Origin: Alphaproteobacteria bacterium MarineAlpha2_Bin1
GTDB taxonomy: Bacteria > Pseudomonadota > Alphaproteobacteria > SHVP01
Length of the DNA: 53,507 nucleotides
NCBI GenBank assembly: GCA_002938125.1
Contig: PTLN01000001.1
Span: forward strand, 1-53,507
Direction of reading: 5' to 3'
Part shown: positions 8,522 to 19,932 of the stretch, in pieces
How positions within the stretch are numbered: the stretch's first letter is position 1
Layout of the letters: each line of letters opens with the position of its first letter
Position numbers and translations under genes: made by a program
The notes under the pieces: model-generated
What the model was told of the DNA's origin: nothing
Databases searched by the model: none
What the model saw: the letters and a program-made list of their open reading frames with translations, nothing else

Positions 8522-9844
8522 ATGAAAAATATCATATCTTCTCAATCAACATCCATAAATGGGTCAATAAATATCCCTGGAGATAAGTCTATATCCCATA
8601 GATCATTGATTATTTCTTCATTAGCTATAGGAAAAACGACTATTAAAGGGATATTAAAAGGAAAAGATATAATTAGTAGTAAAAATGCATTAGAAAAGAT
8701 GGGTGTAATTATTAAAGAAGAAAAAGATATATTTATAGTGTACGGCGTAGGTTCAGGAGGCCTCTTGGAGCCAGATGATGTTTTAGATTTGGGAAACTCT
8801 GGCACATCTGCAAGATTATTAATTGGCTTAATTTCTAGTCATAAAATGATAGCTACATTAACTGGTGATGATTCGTTAAGGAAAAGGCCGATGAAAAGGG
8901 TCATTGATCCCTCGGAAAAAATTGGTGCAAAAATAATTTCAAATAATAACGATAAGCTTCCTCTAACAATTTTCGGCACCAATGACCCTCTCCCAATAAA
9001 TTATAAATTATCCCTTCCAAGTGCTCAGGTTAAATCTTCAATTTTGTTAGCAGGCCTCCAGGCTCCAGGAGAAACATGTATTGAGGAAGTTATACCTAGC
9101 AGAGATCATACTGAGAGGATGCTTGAATGTTTTGGAGCAAAGATATCAGTAAATATAGAAAACTCCTCTAAAAAAATGATTCGTATTAAAGGTCAAAATG
9201 AACTTTCTGCTTCCAATATTGAGGTACCGGGAGATTTTTCATCAGCATCTTTTTTTATTGTTGCTGCTCTAATAGTACCAGACTCAAATCTGTATTTGAA
9301 AAATATTGGTATTAACCCTTATAGAATCGGCCTCATAGAAATTCTTCAAGAAATGGGAGCAAAGCTTGAGTTACTTAACAAGTCCATAAGAAATAATGAA
9401 CCTGTTGCAGACATTAGGGTCTATTCATCAGACTTAAAAGGAGTTGAGGTCCCTAGTGAGATTTCCCCCAAAATGATTGATGAGTATCCAATATTAAGCA
9501 TAGCAGCATGTATGGCAAAAGGGAAAACTATATTAAGAGGCCTTGATGAACTTAGATATAAAGAAAGTAATAGGTTAAAATCTATTGTTGAAATGTTAAT
9601 GCAATTTAATGTTAGTGTTAAAGAGTCTGAAGACCAACTTTTGATTGAAAACAAAAAACAAATTATAGAAGGGAATTGCACAATCAAAACATTTCAAGAC
9701 CACAGAATAGCTATGTCTGCAATAATCGGAGGATTGGTATCAAAAGGACCAGTACATATAGATGACTCTAGCATGATAGAAACAAGTTTCCCGGGATTTA
9801 TTGATATTATTAATTCTGTTGGAGGGCGGGTTTCTGAAAAATAA
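8522..9844 (+). CDS. aroA: 3-phosphoshikimate 1-carboxyvinyltransferase (EPSP synthase)
   Basis: 440 aa. Motifs PGDKSISHRSLI and LGNSGTSARLL, with the aroA-cmk-rpsA synteny. Confidence 0.95.
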   Translation: MKNIISSQSTSINGSINIPGDKSISHRSLIISSLAIGKTTIKGILKGKDIISSKNALEKMGVIIKEEKDIFIVYGVGSGGLLEPDDVLDLGNSGTSARLLIGLISSHKMIATLTGDDSLRKRPMKRVIDPSEKIGAKIISNNNDKLPLTIFGTNDPLPINYKLSLPSAQVKSSILLAGLQAPGETCIEEVIPSRDHTERMLECFGAKISVNIENSSKKMIRIKGQNELSASNIEVPGDFSSASFFIVAALIVPDSNLYLKNIGINPYRIGLIEILQEMGAKLELLNKSIRNNEPVADIRVYSSDLKGVEVPSEISPKMIDEYPILSIAACMAKGKTILRGLDELRYKESNRLKSIVEMLMQFNVSVKESEDQLLIENKKQIIEGNCTIKTFQDHRIAMSAIIGGLVSKGPVHIDDSSMIETSFPGFIDIINSVGGRVSEK

Positions 9845-10505
9845 TTTAATTATAGCAATTGACGGTCCTGGAGCATCTGGAAAAGGAACAATCTCTAAAC
9901 TAGTTTCAAAAAAGCTGAACATGTTCCATTTAAATTCAGGAAGTATATATAGAGCTCTAGCATTAATGGTAAATCAAAAGGGAGTTGAACATAATGACTT
10001 TCCTGCTATTATCTCATTCGCTAAATCATTAAGCCTTAAAAATTTAGATAGTCCGGAGCTAAAAAGAGATGATATAGCAATTTTAGCTTCAAAAATATCA
10101 GAAAATCCGCGAGTTAGAGAGGCATTATTGGACTTTCAAAGATCCTTAGGAGCAAGGCCACCATTTGGAAAAGGAATTATTATTGAAGGTCGTGATATTG
10201 GTACAGTAGTTTTCCCAAACGCTCAAATCAAAATATTTATTGATGCAGATATTGAAATTAGAGCTGATCGAAGGTATAAAGATTTAAAAAAAATCAATGA
10301 TAACATAGAGTTAGAAGATGTTAAAAATCAATTGATTGAAAGAGATAACAGGGATTACAATAGAACTACATCTCCTCTTAGACCAGCTGAAAACGCACAC
10401 TTGCTTAATACGTCAAAATTAGATATTGAACAGTGCTGTTCAGTAGTATGTGGAATAATTGAGGAACATAGTGCTAAAAATAATAATAAATGTTATATAG
10501 ATTAA
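9801..10505 (+). CDS. cmk: Cytidylate kinase
   Basis: P-loop IAIDGPGASGKGT close to the N-terminus. The track start TTG 9801 would overlap aroA by 44 nt, so the real start may be the in-frame TTG 9819 or later. The stop is firm. Confidence 0.9.
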   Translation: MILLILLEGGFLKNNLIIAIDGPGASGKGTISKLVSKKLNMFHLNSGSIYRALALMVNQKGVEHNDFPAIISFAKSLSLKNLDSPELKRDDIAILASKISENPRVREALLDFQRSLGARPPFGKGIIIEGRDIGTVVFPNAQIKIFIDADIEIRADRRYKDLKKINDNIELEDVKNQLIERDNRDYNRTTSPLRPAENAHLLNTSKLDIEQCCSVVCGIIEEHSAKNNNKCYID

Positions 10506-10592
10506 AAAATTGAATAAGAATAAATGCTAGATCAAAAAATATTAATAGTTAATTAGCAAAATTTATTTGTTAATAAGAAGGGAAATTAAATA

Positions 10593-12329
10593 ATGTCAGA
10601 CACAATCAACACAGAATCTCAGGCTTCTAAAGAAAATGAAGAAGATTTTATTTCTATGTTGGAAGAATCACTAGCTACACAAGCTAACCTTGAAGGAAGC
10701 GTTGTCAAAGGGAAAATTGTGGCCCTTGAAAATGATCAAGTCGTTGTTGATGTAGGACTTAAAGCAGAAGGAAGAATTTCACTAAAGGAATTCTCATCCC
10801 CCGGTGAAGATGCAGATATTAGTATTGGTGATAGTGTTGAGGTATACCTCGATAGAATAGAAAATAAAGATGGAGAAGCGGTCTTAAGTAGAGAAAAAGC
10901 AAGAAGAGAAGAAGCATGGGAAAAACTTGAGGTTGCTTTCAGCAAGGGAGAAAGAGTCAATGGTCAACTATTTGGAAGAGTTAAGGGAGGTTTTACAGTT
11001 GACTTATCTGGTGCGGTTGCATTCTTACCTGGAAGCCAGGTGGATGTCAGACCAGTTAGAGATCCCGGTTCATTGATGGGGCAAAGACAAGATTTTCAAA
11101 TTCTTAAAATGGATAGAAGAAGAGGTAACATTGTCGTGTCTAGAAGAGCTGTCCTGGAAGAAACTAGAGCAGAAGCAAGAAATGAACTATTAGCAAATCT
11201 TGCAGAGGGCCAGGTCCTTGAGGGGGTAGTCAAGAATATAACTGATTATGGAGCTTTTGTAGACCTTGGTGGGATCGATGGACTGCTTCACGTCACAGAT
11301 ATGGCCTGGAAAAGAATTTCACATCCGTCCGAGATATTAGTTATAGGTGAAAATGTTAAAGTTCAAGTCATTAAACTTAATTCAGAAACACAAAGAATTT
11401 CACTTGGCATTAAACAACTCGACTCAGACCCTTGGACAGGAATTGAAGAGAGATTTCCCATAGATAAAAAAATGTCAGGTAGAGTAACAAACATCACTGA
11501 TTACGGAGCTTTTGTAGAAATTGCAGATGGAGTAGAGGGTCTGGTGCATGTTTCCGAGATGAGTTGGACAAAGAAAAATGTTCATCCAGGGAAAATAGTT
11601 TCAACGAGCCAAGAAGTAGAAGTAATTATTCTTGATATTGATATGAATAAAAGACGAATTAGTCTTGGACTTAAACAAACAATGCCCAATCCATGGGAAA
11701 TATTTTTAAATGACCACCCTGCAGGTTCTGAGGTAGAAGGTCAGATTAAAAGTATAACGGAATTTGGCCTGTTTATAGGATTTGAGAATGATGTAGATGG
11801 TCTTGTTCATTTATCTGATATTTCATGGGACAAACCTGATGAAGAAGCAGCTTCAGATTTTAAAAAGGGAGACAATGTAAAAGCTCGAGTGCTTGATGTG
11901 AGCGTGGACAAAGAGAGAATAAGCCTCGGTATTAAACAACTATCAGAAGACCCTTTCGAGTCTCTTACACAAAACTTTAACAAAGGGGATACGATTACAT
12001 GCACTATTGCTGGGGTTAAAGATAGCGGTATAGACGTGACATTGCCCTCGGGGATTTCAACATTTATTCGGAGATCGGATTTATCAAGAGATAAAGCTGA
12101 ACAACGACCAGAGAGATTTGCTACAGGTGATAAATTAGATGCAAAAATTATTTCATTAGATACGTCTACAAGGAGGGTTGGGCTTTCAATCAAGGCTCTT
12201 GAAGTTGCTGAGGAAAAAGAAGCTATGGTTCAATATGGTTCATCTGATAGTGGAGCTAGTCTTGGTGATATTCTTGGTGCAGCTCTTAAAAAAAATGAAG
12301 ATGAGAACGATTCTGAGGACAAGTCCTAA
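10593..12329 (+). CDS. rpsA: 30S ribosomal protein S1
   Basis: 578 aa with six recognisable S1 repeats (e.g. GxVxxITDYGAFVDLGGIDGLLHVTDM, ITDYGAFVEIADGVEGLVHVSEM). GC content is higher than in the neighbouring genes. Confidence 0.97.
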   Translation: MSDTINTESQASKENEEDFISMLEESLATQANLEGSVVKGKIVALENDQVVVDVGLKAEGRISLKEFSSPGEDADISIGDSVEVYLDRIENKDGEAVLSREKARREEAWEKLEVAFSKGERVNGQLFGRVKGGFTVDLSGAVAFLPGSQVDVRPVRDPGSLMGQRQDFQILKMDRRRGNIVVSRRAVLEETRAEARNELLANLAEGQVLEGVVKNITDYGAFVDLGGIDGLLHVTDMAWKRISHPSEILVIGENVKVQVIKLNSETQRISLGIKQLDSDPWTGIEERFPIDKKMSGRVTNITDYGAFVEIADGVEGLVHVSEMSWTKKNVHPGKIVSTSQEVEVIILDIDMNKRRISLGLKQTMPNPWEIFLNDHPAGSEVEGQIKSITEFGLFIGFENDVDGLVHLSDISWDKPDEEAASDFKKGDNVKARVLDVSVDKERISLGIKQLSEDPFESLTQNFNKGDTITCTIAGVKDSGIDVTLPSGISTFIRRSDLSRDKAEQRPERFATGDKLDAKIISLDTSTRRVGLSIKALEVAEEKEAMVQYGSSDSGASLGDILGAALKKNEDENDSEDKS

Positions 12330-12357
12330 AATTTAATTAAGATAAACAACATTTGAA

Positions 12358-13281
12358 ATGGTAAATGAATTAGACACCATACCTTTTAATAAACGATCTA
12401 AACGTCAATTAAAATTTTGGAGATTGTTTGCTGTAATTTTTTTTGTTTTAACTTTATCATTAATATTATTTGATAAAAGTGTTTTTCTAAACCCTTCTCA
12501 ATTTCAAGACCATATAATTAAATTAAATGTAAATGGATTCATAGACGATAATCCAGAATTAGCAAGTGAGCTTGAAAGTCTATTGGATAATAAAAAAGTT
12601 AAAGCAATCATAGTAATTATTGACTCTCCGGGAGGAACTTCCATTGGAGGTGAATTTATGTATAGAAAACTTAATAAATTATCATCATCTGGTATTCCGG
12701 TGGTTTCGGTAATAAGAACTATTGGAACCTCTGCAGCCTATGCTGTTGCTCTTGGAGGTGATAGAATATTTGCATTAGAAACATCTTTGGTTGGATCAGT
12801 TGGAGCTTTAATTAGATCTGCTGATATTTCCAAATTACTTGAAAAGGTTGGTGTAAAACCTGAGATTTATAAAAGTGGTGAGTTCAAATCAATTCCTTCC
12901 CCAACTGAAAAAACATCAGATGAGGGCAAACAGATTATTCAGAATTCGGTTAATGAGGTTAGAAAGTGGTTTCTGAGGGTTATTAATGAGAAAAGAGAAA
13001 TTTCTAATAATAAAATAAGTGAAATCGCTAAAGGAGGTATATATACCGGTAAACAAGCTATTTCCTTAAACCTAATTGACGAAATTGGTGGAGAACAAGA
13101 AGCGCTAGATTGGCTAACAAATTATAAAGGTTTAAATAAAGAATTACCAATTATAGAAATTGATAATATCTCAAAAAACCAACAATTCTGCTATTCTTTC
13201 TTTTCTAGTTTCCAAAAAATTCTAAATTCATCAAAGGTAAGCCTTGACGGGTTCTTGTCAGTTTGGCACCCTGATACCTAA
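12358..13281 (+). CDS. sppA: Signal peptide peptidase SppA (36K type)
   Basis: 307 aa. N-terminal TM helix and ClpP/crotonase-like S49 core ([14 protein letters not shown]...[17 protein letters not shown]). Confidence 0.85.
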   Translation: MVNELDTIPFNKRSKRQLKFWRLFAVIFFVLTLSLILFDKSVFLNPSQFQDHIIKLNVNGFIDDNPELASELESLLDNKKVKAIIVIIDSPGGTSIGGEFMYRKLNKLSSSGIPVVSVIRTIGTSAAYAVALGGDRIFALETSLVGSVGALIRSADISKLLEKVGVKPEIYKSGEFKSIPSPTEKTSDEGKQIIQNSVNEVRKWFLRVINEKREISNNKISEIAKGGIYTGKQAISLNLIDEIGGEQEALDWLTNYKGLNKELPIIEIDNISKNQQFCYSFFSSFQKILNSSKVSLDGFLSVWHPDT

Positions 13282-13319
13282 AAAAAAATAACTTTGTTAT
13301 ATTAAGTTTTGGAGGAATT

Positions 13320-13652
13320 TTGGTTAAATCAGAATTAATTATTCGCCTTTCTGAAATGAACCCTCATCTTTTTCATAGAGATATAGAAAGAATAGTTTCG
13401 ACTATTTTTGATGAAATTACTAAATCCCTATCTAAAGGAAACAGAGTTGAGTTGAGAGGCTTTGGAGCTTTTTCGGTTAAAGAGAGACCAGCTAGAGTTG
13501 CTAGAAATCCTAGGACTGGTGAGTCAGTTAAAGTAGATCATAAATTTGTACCAGTTTTTAAGACAGGAAAAGAACTACGTATTAGTCTTAATAAAGATAA
13601 ACCTATTTTAAATAATAGGACTGAAAATAATCCTACAAACGAACAAAGCTAA
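13320..13652 (+). CDS. ihfB: Integration host factor beta subunit
   Basis: 110 aa. TTG start preceded by GGAGGA. HU/IHF fold motif [31 protein letters not shown]...[11 protein letters not shown]. Confidence 0.9.
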   Translation: MVKSELIIRLSEMNPHLFHRDIERIVSTIFDEITKSLSKGNRVELRGFGAFSVKERPARVARNPRTGESVKVDHKFVPVFKTGKELRISLNKDKPILNNRTENNPTNEQS

Positions 13653-13667
13653 TTAAGAGATACTAGA

Positions 13668-13886
13668 ATGGTTTTCCTTCGATTGCTTTTTTCATTCGCG
13701 ATCGTCCTATTGTTTATATGGTTTTCAGCAGTTAATTTTTCACCTGTCAATATTAACTTATCTCCTTTTCAATGGAAAATTACTATACCGTTGTACCTTT
13801 TGGTTTTAATCTGTATTTTCTTTGGATTTTTTACAGGGATAATTTTAACAGTCTTGAGTAAAGGGCTTAAAAAAAATAAAAAGTAA
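13668..13886 (+). CDS. LapA-domain (DUF1049) small inner-membrane protein
   Basis: 72 aa, two TM helices and a basic C-terminus. Occupies the position after ihfB, as I recall for alphaproteobacteria. Assigned by architecture and position only. Confidence 0.55.
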   Translation: MVFLRLLFSFAIVLLFIWFSAVNFSPVNINLSPFQWKITIPLYLLVLICIFFGFFTGIILTVLSKGLKKNKK

Positions 13887-13910
13887 TTTATTTTGGGATT
13901 ATTTAATTTA

Positions 13911-14612
13911 ATGAGCAAAAGAGCTGAAATATATTTAAGTTTAGATAACTCAAACCTTGAAGAGGCAATTAATATTTCAAAAAATCTTATAAATGCTATT
14001 GATGGTATAAAAATAGGTAAAGAGTTTTTTTCAAGTAATGGTCCTAATGGTGTGAAAAAAATTAGGGACTTGGGTATCCCAGTTTTTATTGATTTAAAGT
14101 TCCATGATATTCCAAATACAGTTTATGGAGCAATTAAATCAATTAGCAAACTTCAACCAAAAATAATTAATGTCCATACTCTAGGAGGGCCAAGAATGTT
14201 GGAGAAAGCCTTAAAATCTGTAAGTGATAATTTTCTTGAAAAAAAGCCACTAATTATTGGCGTTACGCTTCTTACGAGTCTTGATCAAAAAAGTATAGAT
14301 TTAATGGGTTTTAGAGGAAGTATTAATGAAATTGTTGTAAATTTAGCATTATTAGCAAAAAACTCTGGCCTTGATGGAGTAGTTTGCTCTCCAAAAGAAA
14401 TTAAACTAATCAGAGAATGTTGCGGTAATGATTTTATTATTATCACTCCAGGCATTCGATTAGAACAATCTATCAAAGACGACCAAGTGAGAACGCTATC
14501 ACCATTTGAGGCTCAATCAGAAGGTGCAAATATACTTGTAATTGGAAGACCTATTACTAAATCTAATGATCCACTAAAAACTGCTAAAGAAATAAGAAGA
14601 AGCTTGGGATAG
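13911..14612 (+). CDS. pyrF: Orotidine-5'-phosphate decarboxylase
   Basis: Motifs FIDLKFHDIPNTV and ILVIGRPIT. The track ORF starts at TTG 13893; I prefer ATG 13911 (MSKRAEIYLSLD). Confidence 0.9.
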   Translation: MSKRAEIYLSLDNSNLEEAINISKNLINAIDGIKIGKEFFSSNGPNGVKKIRDLGIPVFIDLKFHDIPNTVYGAIKSISKLQPKIINVHTLGGPRMLEKALKSVSDNFLEKKPLIIGVTLLTSLDQKSIDLMGFRGSINEIVVNLALLAKNSGLDGVVCSPKEIKLIRECCGNDFIIITPGIRLEQSIKDDQVRTLSPFEAQSEGANILVIGRPITKSNDPLKTAKEIRRSLG

Positions 14613-14621
14613 AATAACTCA

Positions 14622-15272
14622 ATGCATAAAAAAATAAAGATCTGTGGATTAACAAAAAAAAGAGAGTTTGATTTAGCTGTTTCTTTAAGCATAGATTTTG
14701 TAGGTATAGTGTTTCATAAACCTTCGATAAGATATATTAAGCCTGTAAAAATAAGGAAAATTATTAATGAATTTCATAATGAATTAAAATTTATAGCCGT
14801 TGTTGTTGACCCATCCGATGCTGATTTAGAAAATATTATTAATAATATTCCTCTATTTGGGATTCAATTGCATGGCAATGAAACATTGGAGAGAGTAAGG
14901 CAAGTCAAAAAAAAGACAAATTTATCGATTATTAAAGCTATACCCATAGACAATACAAGAGATATCTTATTGGCCAAAGAATATGAAGATGCTGCTGATA
15001 TGCTATTATTTGACAGTAAACCAGGTATCAACAGTAAGTCACCTGGAGGAAACGCCAAAACTTTTGATTGGAATTTGTTAATTGGACAGTATTGGGAAAA
15101 ACCATGGTTTTTGTCTGGAGGATTGGATATAAATAATATAAATAATGCACTTAGTATTACAAAAGCAGAGTATTGTGATGTCTCATCTGGTGTTGAAGTT
15201 CTTAAAGGAAAAAAAGACCTCCAATTGATGAAAACCTTCACAGAAAAAGTTAGAGAGTTTAAAAATGGATGA
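14622..15272 (+). CDS. trpF: Phosphoribosylanthranilate isomerase
   Basis: 216 aa. KICGLT N-terminus, with the trpF-trpB-trpA order and an 8-nt overlap with trpB. Confidence 0.9.
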   Translation: MHKKIKICGLTKKREFDLAVSLSIDFVGIVFHKPSIRYIKPVKIRKIINEFHNELKFIAVVVDPSDADLENIINNIPLFGIQLHGNETLERVRQVKKKTNLSIIKAIPIDNTRDILLAKEYEDAADMLLFDSKPGINSKSPGGNAKTFDWNLLIGQYWEKPWFLSGGLDINNINNALSITKAEYCDVSSGVEVLKGKKDLQLMKTFTEKVREFKNG

Positions 15273-16485
15273 CCTTAAAAAACCTAATTCACTAAAAAAC
15301 TTTCCCGATGAACATGGAAATTTTGGCCATTATGGAGGAAGGTTTGTAGCTGAGACTCTCATGCCTTTATTAATTGATGTAAATAAATCATGGATAAATG
15401 CACAAAAAAGCAAAAAATTTAATCACGAATTAAATTATTTTTTGGATCATTTTGTGGGACGTCCAAGCCCTCTTTATTTTGCTGAAAGAATGACAGAACA
15501 TTTCAATGGAGCAAAGATATATTTTAAAAGGGATGAACTAAACCATACAGGTGCACATAAAATAAATAATTGTATTGGACAAATACTCCTAGCAAAAGAA
15601 ATGGGTAAAACAAGAATTATAGCTGAGACAGGGGCCGGTCAACATGGCGTTGCAACAGCAACCGTTGCAGCACGGTTTGGAATGAACTGTATAATTTATA
15701 TGGGACACACTGATATAGAAAGACAGAAATCTAATGTTTTTAGAATGGAACTTCTAGGGGCAAAAATTATACCTGTTTATTCAGGAACAGGTACACTTAA
15801 AGATGCCATGAACGAAGCGCTTCGAGATTGGGTTTCTAATGTTGATGATACGTTTTATATAATTGGAACAGCTGCTGGACCCCATCCTTATCCTGAAATG
15901 GTCAGGGAATTTCAATCTATAATTGGAAAAGAGACAAAAGAACAGATCTTGAAAATGGAAAATAAACTACCGGACACTCTAATTGCATGCGTAGGTGGTG
16001 GAAGTAATGCAATTGGCCTTTTCCACCCCTTTTTAGATGACGAAAGTGTAAGCCTTATCGGTGTAGAAGCAGGAGGTAAAGGATTAAATACTAAATTCCA
16101 TGCATCATCTCTAAATGGAGGCAGGCCTGGTATTCTTCACGGTAATAGAACGTATTTAATTCAAGATGACGATGGTCAAATATCAGATGCTCATTCAATT
16201 TCCGCTGGATTGGACTATCCAGGAATTGGTCCCGAACATTCATGGCTACATGATATAGGAAGAGTAAAGTATGTTTCAATAAATGATAATGAAGCACTAA
16301 AAGCTTTTCAAATGTGTAGTAGGATCGAAGGTATTATACCTGCTCTTGAACCTTCTCATGCTCTAGCATATTTATCTAAACTAGCGCCTACCTTAAATAA
16401 AGAACATATAATAATTATGAATATGTGCGGAAGAGGTGATAAAGATATATTTACTGTAGCTGAAAAAATAAAGGAAAAAATTTAA
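15265..16485 (+). CDS. trpB: Tryptophan synthase beta chain
   Basis: 406 aa. PLP-lysine motif [11 protein letters not shown] and GGGSNAIG. Confidence 0.97.
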   Translation: MDDLKKPNSLKNFPDEHGNFGHYGGRFVAETLMPLLIDVNKSWINAQKSKKFNHELNYFLDHFVGRPSPLYFAERMTEHFNGAKIYFKRDELNHTGAHKINNCIGQILLAKEMGKTRIIAETGAGQHGVATATVAARFGMNCIIYMGHTDIERQKSNVFRMELLGAKIIPVYSGTGTLKDAMNEALRDWVSNVDDTFYIIGTAAGPHPYPEMVREFQSIIGKETKEQILKMENKLPDTLIACVGGGSNAIGLFHPFLDDESVSLIGVEAGGKGLNTKFHASSLNGGRPGILHGNRTYLIQDDDGQISDAHSISAGLDYPGIGPEHSWLHDIGRVKYVSINDNEALKAFQMCSRIEGIIPALEPSHALAYLSKLAPTLNKEHIIIMNMCGRGDKDIFTVAEKIKEKI

Positions 16486-17312
16486 TGTTCTCAAGAATAT
16501 CTGAGACTTTCCAAAAACTTAAAAAAAATAATATGAAAGGTTTTATTCCTTTTGTTACTGCTGGAGATCCAACTTTAGAAATATCACTAGATATTATTAA
16601 ATTACTACCCAAAGCTGGTGCAGACTTAATTGAAATTGGAATTCCTTTTTCTGATCCAATGGCAGATGGAAAAATAATACAAGCCTCAAGTTTAAGAGCA
16701 CTAAAAGAAGGAATTACAGTAAAAAAAATCTTTGAAATGATTTCTAACTTTAGACAAGAAGATTCTAAAACTCCTATAGTATTAATGGGTTATTTCAATC
16801 CAATATATAATTTTGGAATAGAGAGATTTTTGTCTTCCTGCAAACAAAGCGGCGTTGATGGATTAATTATAGTTGATCTACCTTATGAACACGATATTGA
16901 ACTTTGTACTCCTGCTAGAAAAAATGGTATTGATTTTATTAGGCTTGTTGCACCAACTACTACAAATGAAAGAATGCCTTTGTTATTAAGTCAGTCATCT
17001 GGTTTTGTTTATTGTATTTCAGTGAGTGGTATAACAGGTTCTAAAGAAGCAGAAATACAAATTGTTAATAATACTATTAATAGAATAAGAAAATCCTCTA
17101 ATCTTCCTGTTGCAGTTGGATTTGGTATTAAAACCCCTAAACAAGCGGAGAAAATGTTGCTAGGTGCAGAGGCAACTGTTATTGGGTCAATAATTGTAGA
17201 AAAAATAAATGAAATTTATTCTTCAGATAAAGAGTATAAAAAAAAATTAATATTAATAGATGATTTTATAAAAACGTTCTCAAATGAGATACATAGACAA
17301 GTCAGAAACTGA
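16485..17312 (+). CDS. trpA: Tryptophan synthase alpha chain
   Basis: 275 aa. FVTAGDP...IEIGIPFSDPMADG motif. The ATG overlaps the trpB stop. Confidence 0.95.
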   Translation: MFSRISETFQKLKKNNMKGFIPFVTAGDPTLEISLDIIKLLPKAGADLIEIGIPFSDPMADGKIIQASSLRALKEGITVKKIFEMISNFRQEDSKTPIVLMGYFNPIYNFGIERFLSSCKQSGVDGLIIVDLPYEHDIELCTPARKNGIDFIRLVAPTTTNERMPLLLSQSSGFVYCISVSGITGSKEAEIQIVNNTINRIRKSSNLPVAVGFGIKTPKQAEKMLLGAEATVIGSIIVEKINEIYSSDKEYKKKLILIDDFIKTFSNEIHRQVRN

Positions 17313-17318
17313 ATTAAT

Positions 17319-18188
17319 ATGAATTGGTTAACAAATTTTGTAAAACCCAAGATAAGGGCTATAGTTGGAAAAAAAGATGTTCCTGAAAACTTATGGACTA
17401 AATGTACCGGGTGTGGTGAAATGTTATTTCATAGAGACCTAAAAGTTAATTTAGGTGTATGTAATCAGTGCAATCAACATCATAAAATTTCACCTAAAGA
17501 ACGCTTTATTTCCCTGTTTGATAATGGAATATATGAGTTAATTGAAACAAGAAATGTAATATCTGACCCGCTAAAATTTAGAGATACAAAAAAATATACT
17601 GATAGGCTTAAAGAAAACAAAGCTAAAACAGGATCAGATGAGGCTATAATACTTGCGCATGGTAAAGTAAATAGAATAAATACTGTAATTGCCTCACAAA
17701 ACTTTGCGTTTATGGGTGGTTCCTTAGGTATGGGAACAGGTGAAAATATAATTGATGCTGCCAAATATTGTGTGAATAATAACTGTGTCTTAATTATAAT
17801 CGCAGCTGCAGGAGGAGCTAGGATGCAGGAAGGCATACTCTCTCTTATGCAACTTCCAAGAACAATAATTGCAATTGACTCTTTAAAAGAAAAAAAATTA
17901 CCTTTTATTTCAATTCTAACTGACCCAACTACTGGGGGTGTTACAGCGTCATATGCTATGTTAGGCGATATCTCCATAGCGGAACCTGGCGCTCTAATTG
18001 GATTTGCTGGACCAAGAGTTATAGAAAATACAATTAGAGAAAAGTTACCCGCAAACTTTCAACAATCTGAAAAACTACTAGAAAATGGTATGCTTGATAT
18101 GGTTATTGATAGAAGAGAACTAAAAGAAACCGTAGGGAAAATTGTTACCCTAATTACTAGAAATAATAAAAATTTTGATCATTTATAA
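17319..18188 (+). CDS. accD: Acetyl-CoA carboxylase carboxyltransferase beta subunit
   Basis: 289 aa. N-terminal Zn ribbon CTGCGEMLF...CNQCNQH and a carboxyltransferase core. Conserved trpA-accD-folC order. Confidence 0.95.
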   Translation: MNWLTNFVKPKIRAIVGKKDVPENLWTKCTGCGEMLFHRDLKVNLGVCNQCNQHHKISPKERFISLFDNGIYELIETRNVISDPLKFRDTKKYTDRLKENKAKTGSDEAIILAHGKVNRINTVIASQNFAFMGGSLGMGTGENIIDAAKYCVNNNCVLIIIAAAGGARMQEGILSLMQLPRTIIAIDSLKEKKLPFISILTDPTTGGVTASYAMLGDISIAEPGALIGFAGPRVIENTIREKLPANFQQSEKLLENGMLDMVIDRRELKETVGKIVTLITRNNKNFDHL

Positions 18189-18203
18189 TGAGTAGCAAAA
18201 AAT

Positions 18204-19511
18204 TTGACCATTGAGTATTTCCTAAAAAAATTTTCTAAACTTTACCCTAAATCAATAGACCTATCATTAGATAGAATTAGAACATTGTTAGACAAATTAG
18301 GTAATCCAGAAAAAAAATTGCCACCAATCATACATATTGCGGGGACTAATGGGAAAGGATCTACTGTTGCTTTTCTAAATAGTATTTTTGAAAGTGCAAA
18401 CTATAAAGTACAAGCATATACATCACCACATTTAATAAATTTTAATGAAAGAATAAGACTTCCCAATGGTTACATAGAAGATGATTTTTTAATAGATATC
18501 TTTGAAGAGTGCAATTTTTATAATAAAGATGAACCTATTTCATTTTTTGAAATAACTACGGCAGCAGCATTCTTGGCTTTCTCTAGGAGTAAGGGTGATA
18601 TATTACTTTTAGAAGTAGGCTTAGGTGGAAGATTAGATACTACTAATGTCATTGAAAAACCGATGCTATCAGCTATAACTCCTGTCTCGCTTGATCATAC
18701 TGAGTTTCTTGGAAAAAGTTTAAATAAAATAGCGTACGAAAAAGCAGGAATAATTAAATATAATTCTCGTGTGTTAATTGGACCTCAAGAGCAAAAAGTT
18801 GATGAAATTTTTAAAGAGATAGCAATTCAGAAAAAGAATTTTCTCTTTGCTTATGGCAAGGATTGGGATTTTAGTTCAAACGTTGATGGATCGATAAATT
18901 TAATTTTTCAAGAACAATTAGTACCTTTACCAAAACCAAGTCTTCATGGTTTTCACCAAATCTCGAATGCTGCACAAGCTGCTTCCTGCGCATTAGCTCA
19001 GAATATTTTTAAAATTACTATAAAAGATTTAGAAAATGGAATTAAAAATGCTTATTGGCCTGGCCGTTTACAAAAAATTTTTGTGAATTTGCCAGAGAAA
19101 AATATTACAAATCTTAAGATATGGTTAGACGGGGGGCATAATGCAAGCGCAGGTATTTGCCTTTCTAAATCAATTAGATCACTAGATAACGAAGTTGCCG
19201 AAAAAAATGTATTAATTTTAGGTATGCTTGAAAATAAAGACTTTATTAGCTACCTCAAACCTTTAAAGAAAATTATTGACCTACTTATTTGTATCCCAAT
19301 ACCAAATACTAATAATTATCATGACCCAAAAAAATTAAAAACTTTTTCAGAAGAACAACTTAGAATAAGATCGGAAACTGCAAATGACTTTTTTGCTGCA
19401 CTTGATGTTGCAAACAAAATTTTTCCAATTAATAAAGCAAAGATAATTGCTTGTGGTTCACTTTATTTGGTAGGAGAAATACTCAAAATAAATGGATATG
19501 ATTTTAGATAA
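18204..19511 (+). CDS. folC: Bifunctional folylpolyglutamate synthase / dihydrofolate synthase
   Basis: 435 aa, TTG start. Mur-ligase P-loop HIAGTNGKGST. Confidence 0.9.
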   Translation: MTIEYFLKKFSKLYPKSIDLSLDRIRTLLDKLGNPEKKLPPIIHIAGTNGKGSTVAFLNSIFESANYKVQAYTSPHLINFNERIRLPNGYIEDDFLIDIFEECNFYNKDEPISFFEITTAAAFLAFSRSKGDILLLEVGLGGRLDTTNVIEKPMLSAITPVSLDHTEFLGKSLNKIAYEKAGIIKYNSRVLIGPQEQKVDEIFKEIAIQKKNFLFAYGKDWDFSSNVDGSINLIFQEQLVPLPKPSLHGFHQISNAAQAASCALAQNIFKITIKDLENGIKNAYWPGRLQKIFVNLPEKNITNLKIWLDGGHNASAGICLSKSIRSLDNEVAEKNVLILGMLENKDFISYLKPLKKIIDLLICIPIPNTNNYHDPKKLKTFSEEQLRIRSETANDFFAALDVANKIFPINKAKIIACGSLYLVGEILKINGYDFR

Positions 19512-19824
19512 CCGAATCAATCCATTCAACAATCTTACTTTTTGGCAAGGCACCCACTTTTGTAGAAATAATTTCTCCATTATTGAATAACATAAGAGTA
19601 GGAATACCTTTTACTCCATATTTACTTGCAACTTGTGGATTCTCATCTATGTTTAATTTTGAAACAATTATCTTTTCACTCATCTCATTCGAAATCTCCT
19701 CAAGAGCAGGACCGATTTGCTTGCAAGGCCCACACCATTCTGCCCAGTAATCAACAAGTACTGGTTTTTCTGATTTTATAACATCTTGCTCAAATGATGA
19801 TTCAGTAATTTTAGTTGTAGTCAT
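19504..19824 (-). CDS. trxA: Thioredoxin
   Basis: WCGPC active site. Trimmed from the track start (19860) to ATG 19824 (MTTTKITESSFEQDV...), giving 106 aa. The 3' end overlaps folC by 8 nt. Confidence 0.95.
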   Translation of the reverse strand: MTTTKITESSFEQDVIKSEKPVLVDYWAEWCGPCKQIGPALEEISNEMSEKIIVSKLNIDENPQVASKYGVKGIPTLMLFNNGEIISTKVGALPKSKIVEWIDSVI

Positions 19825-19932
19825 GTTAAATCCAAACTTTATGATGAAATGACATAACATTAAAAAACCTATTCAATTTGGTCAACAAATTTTTTAAATA
19901 ATAATTTTTATATCTGAATTGGGCCAATAAAT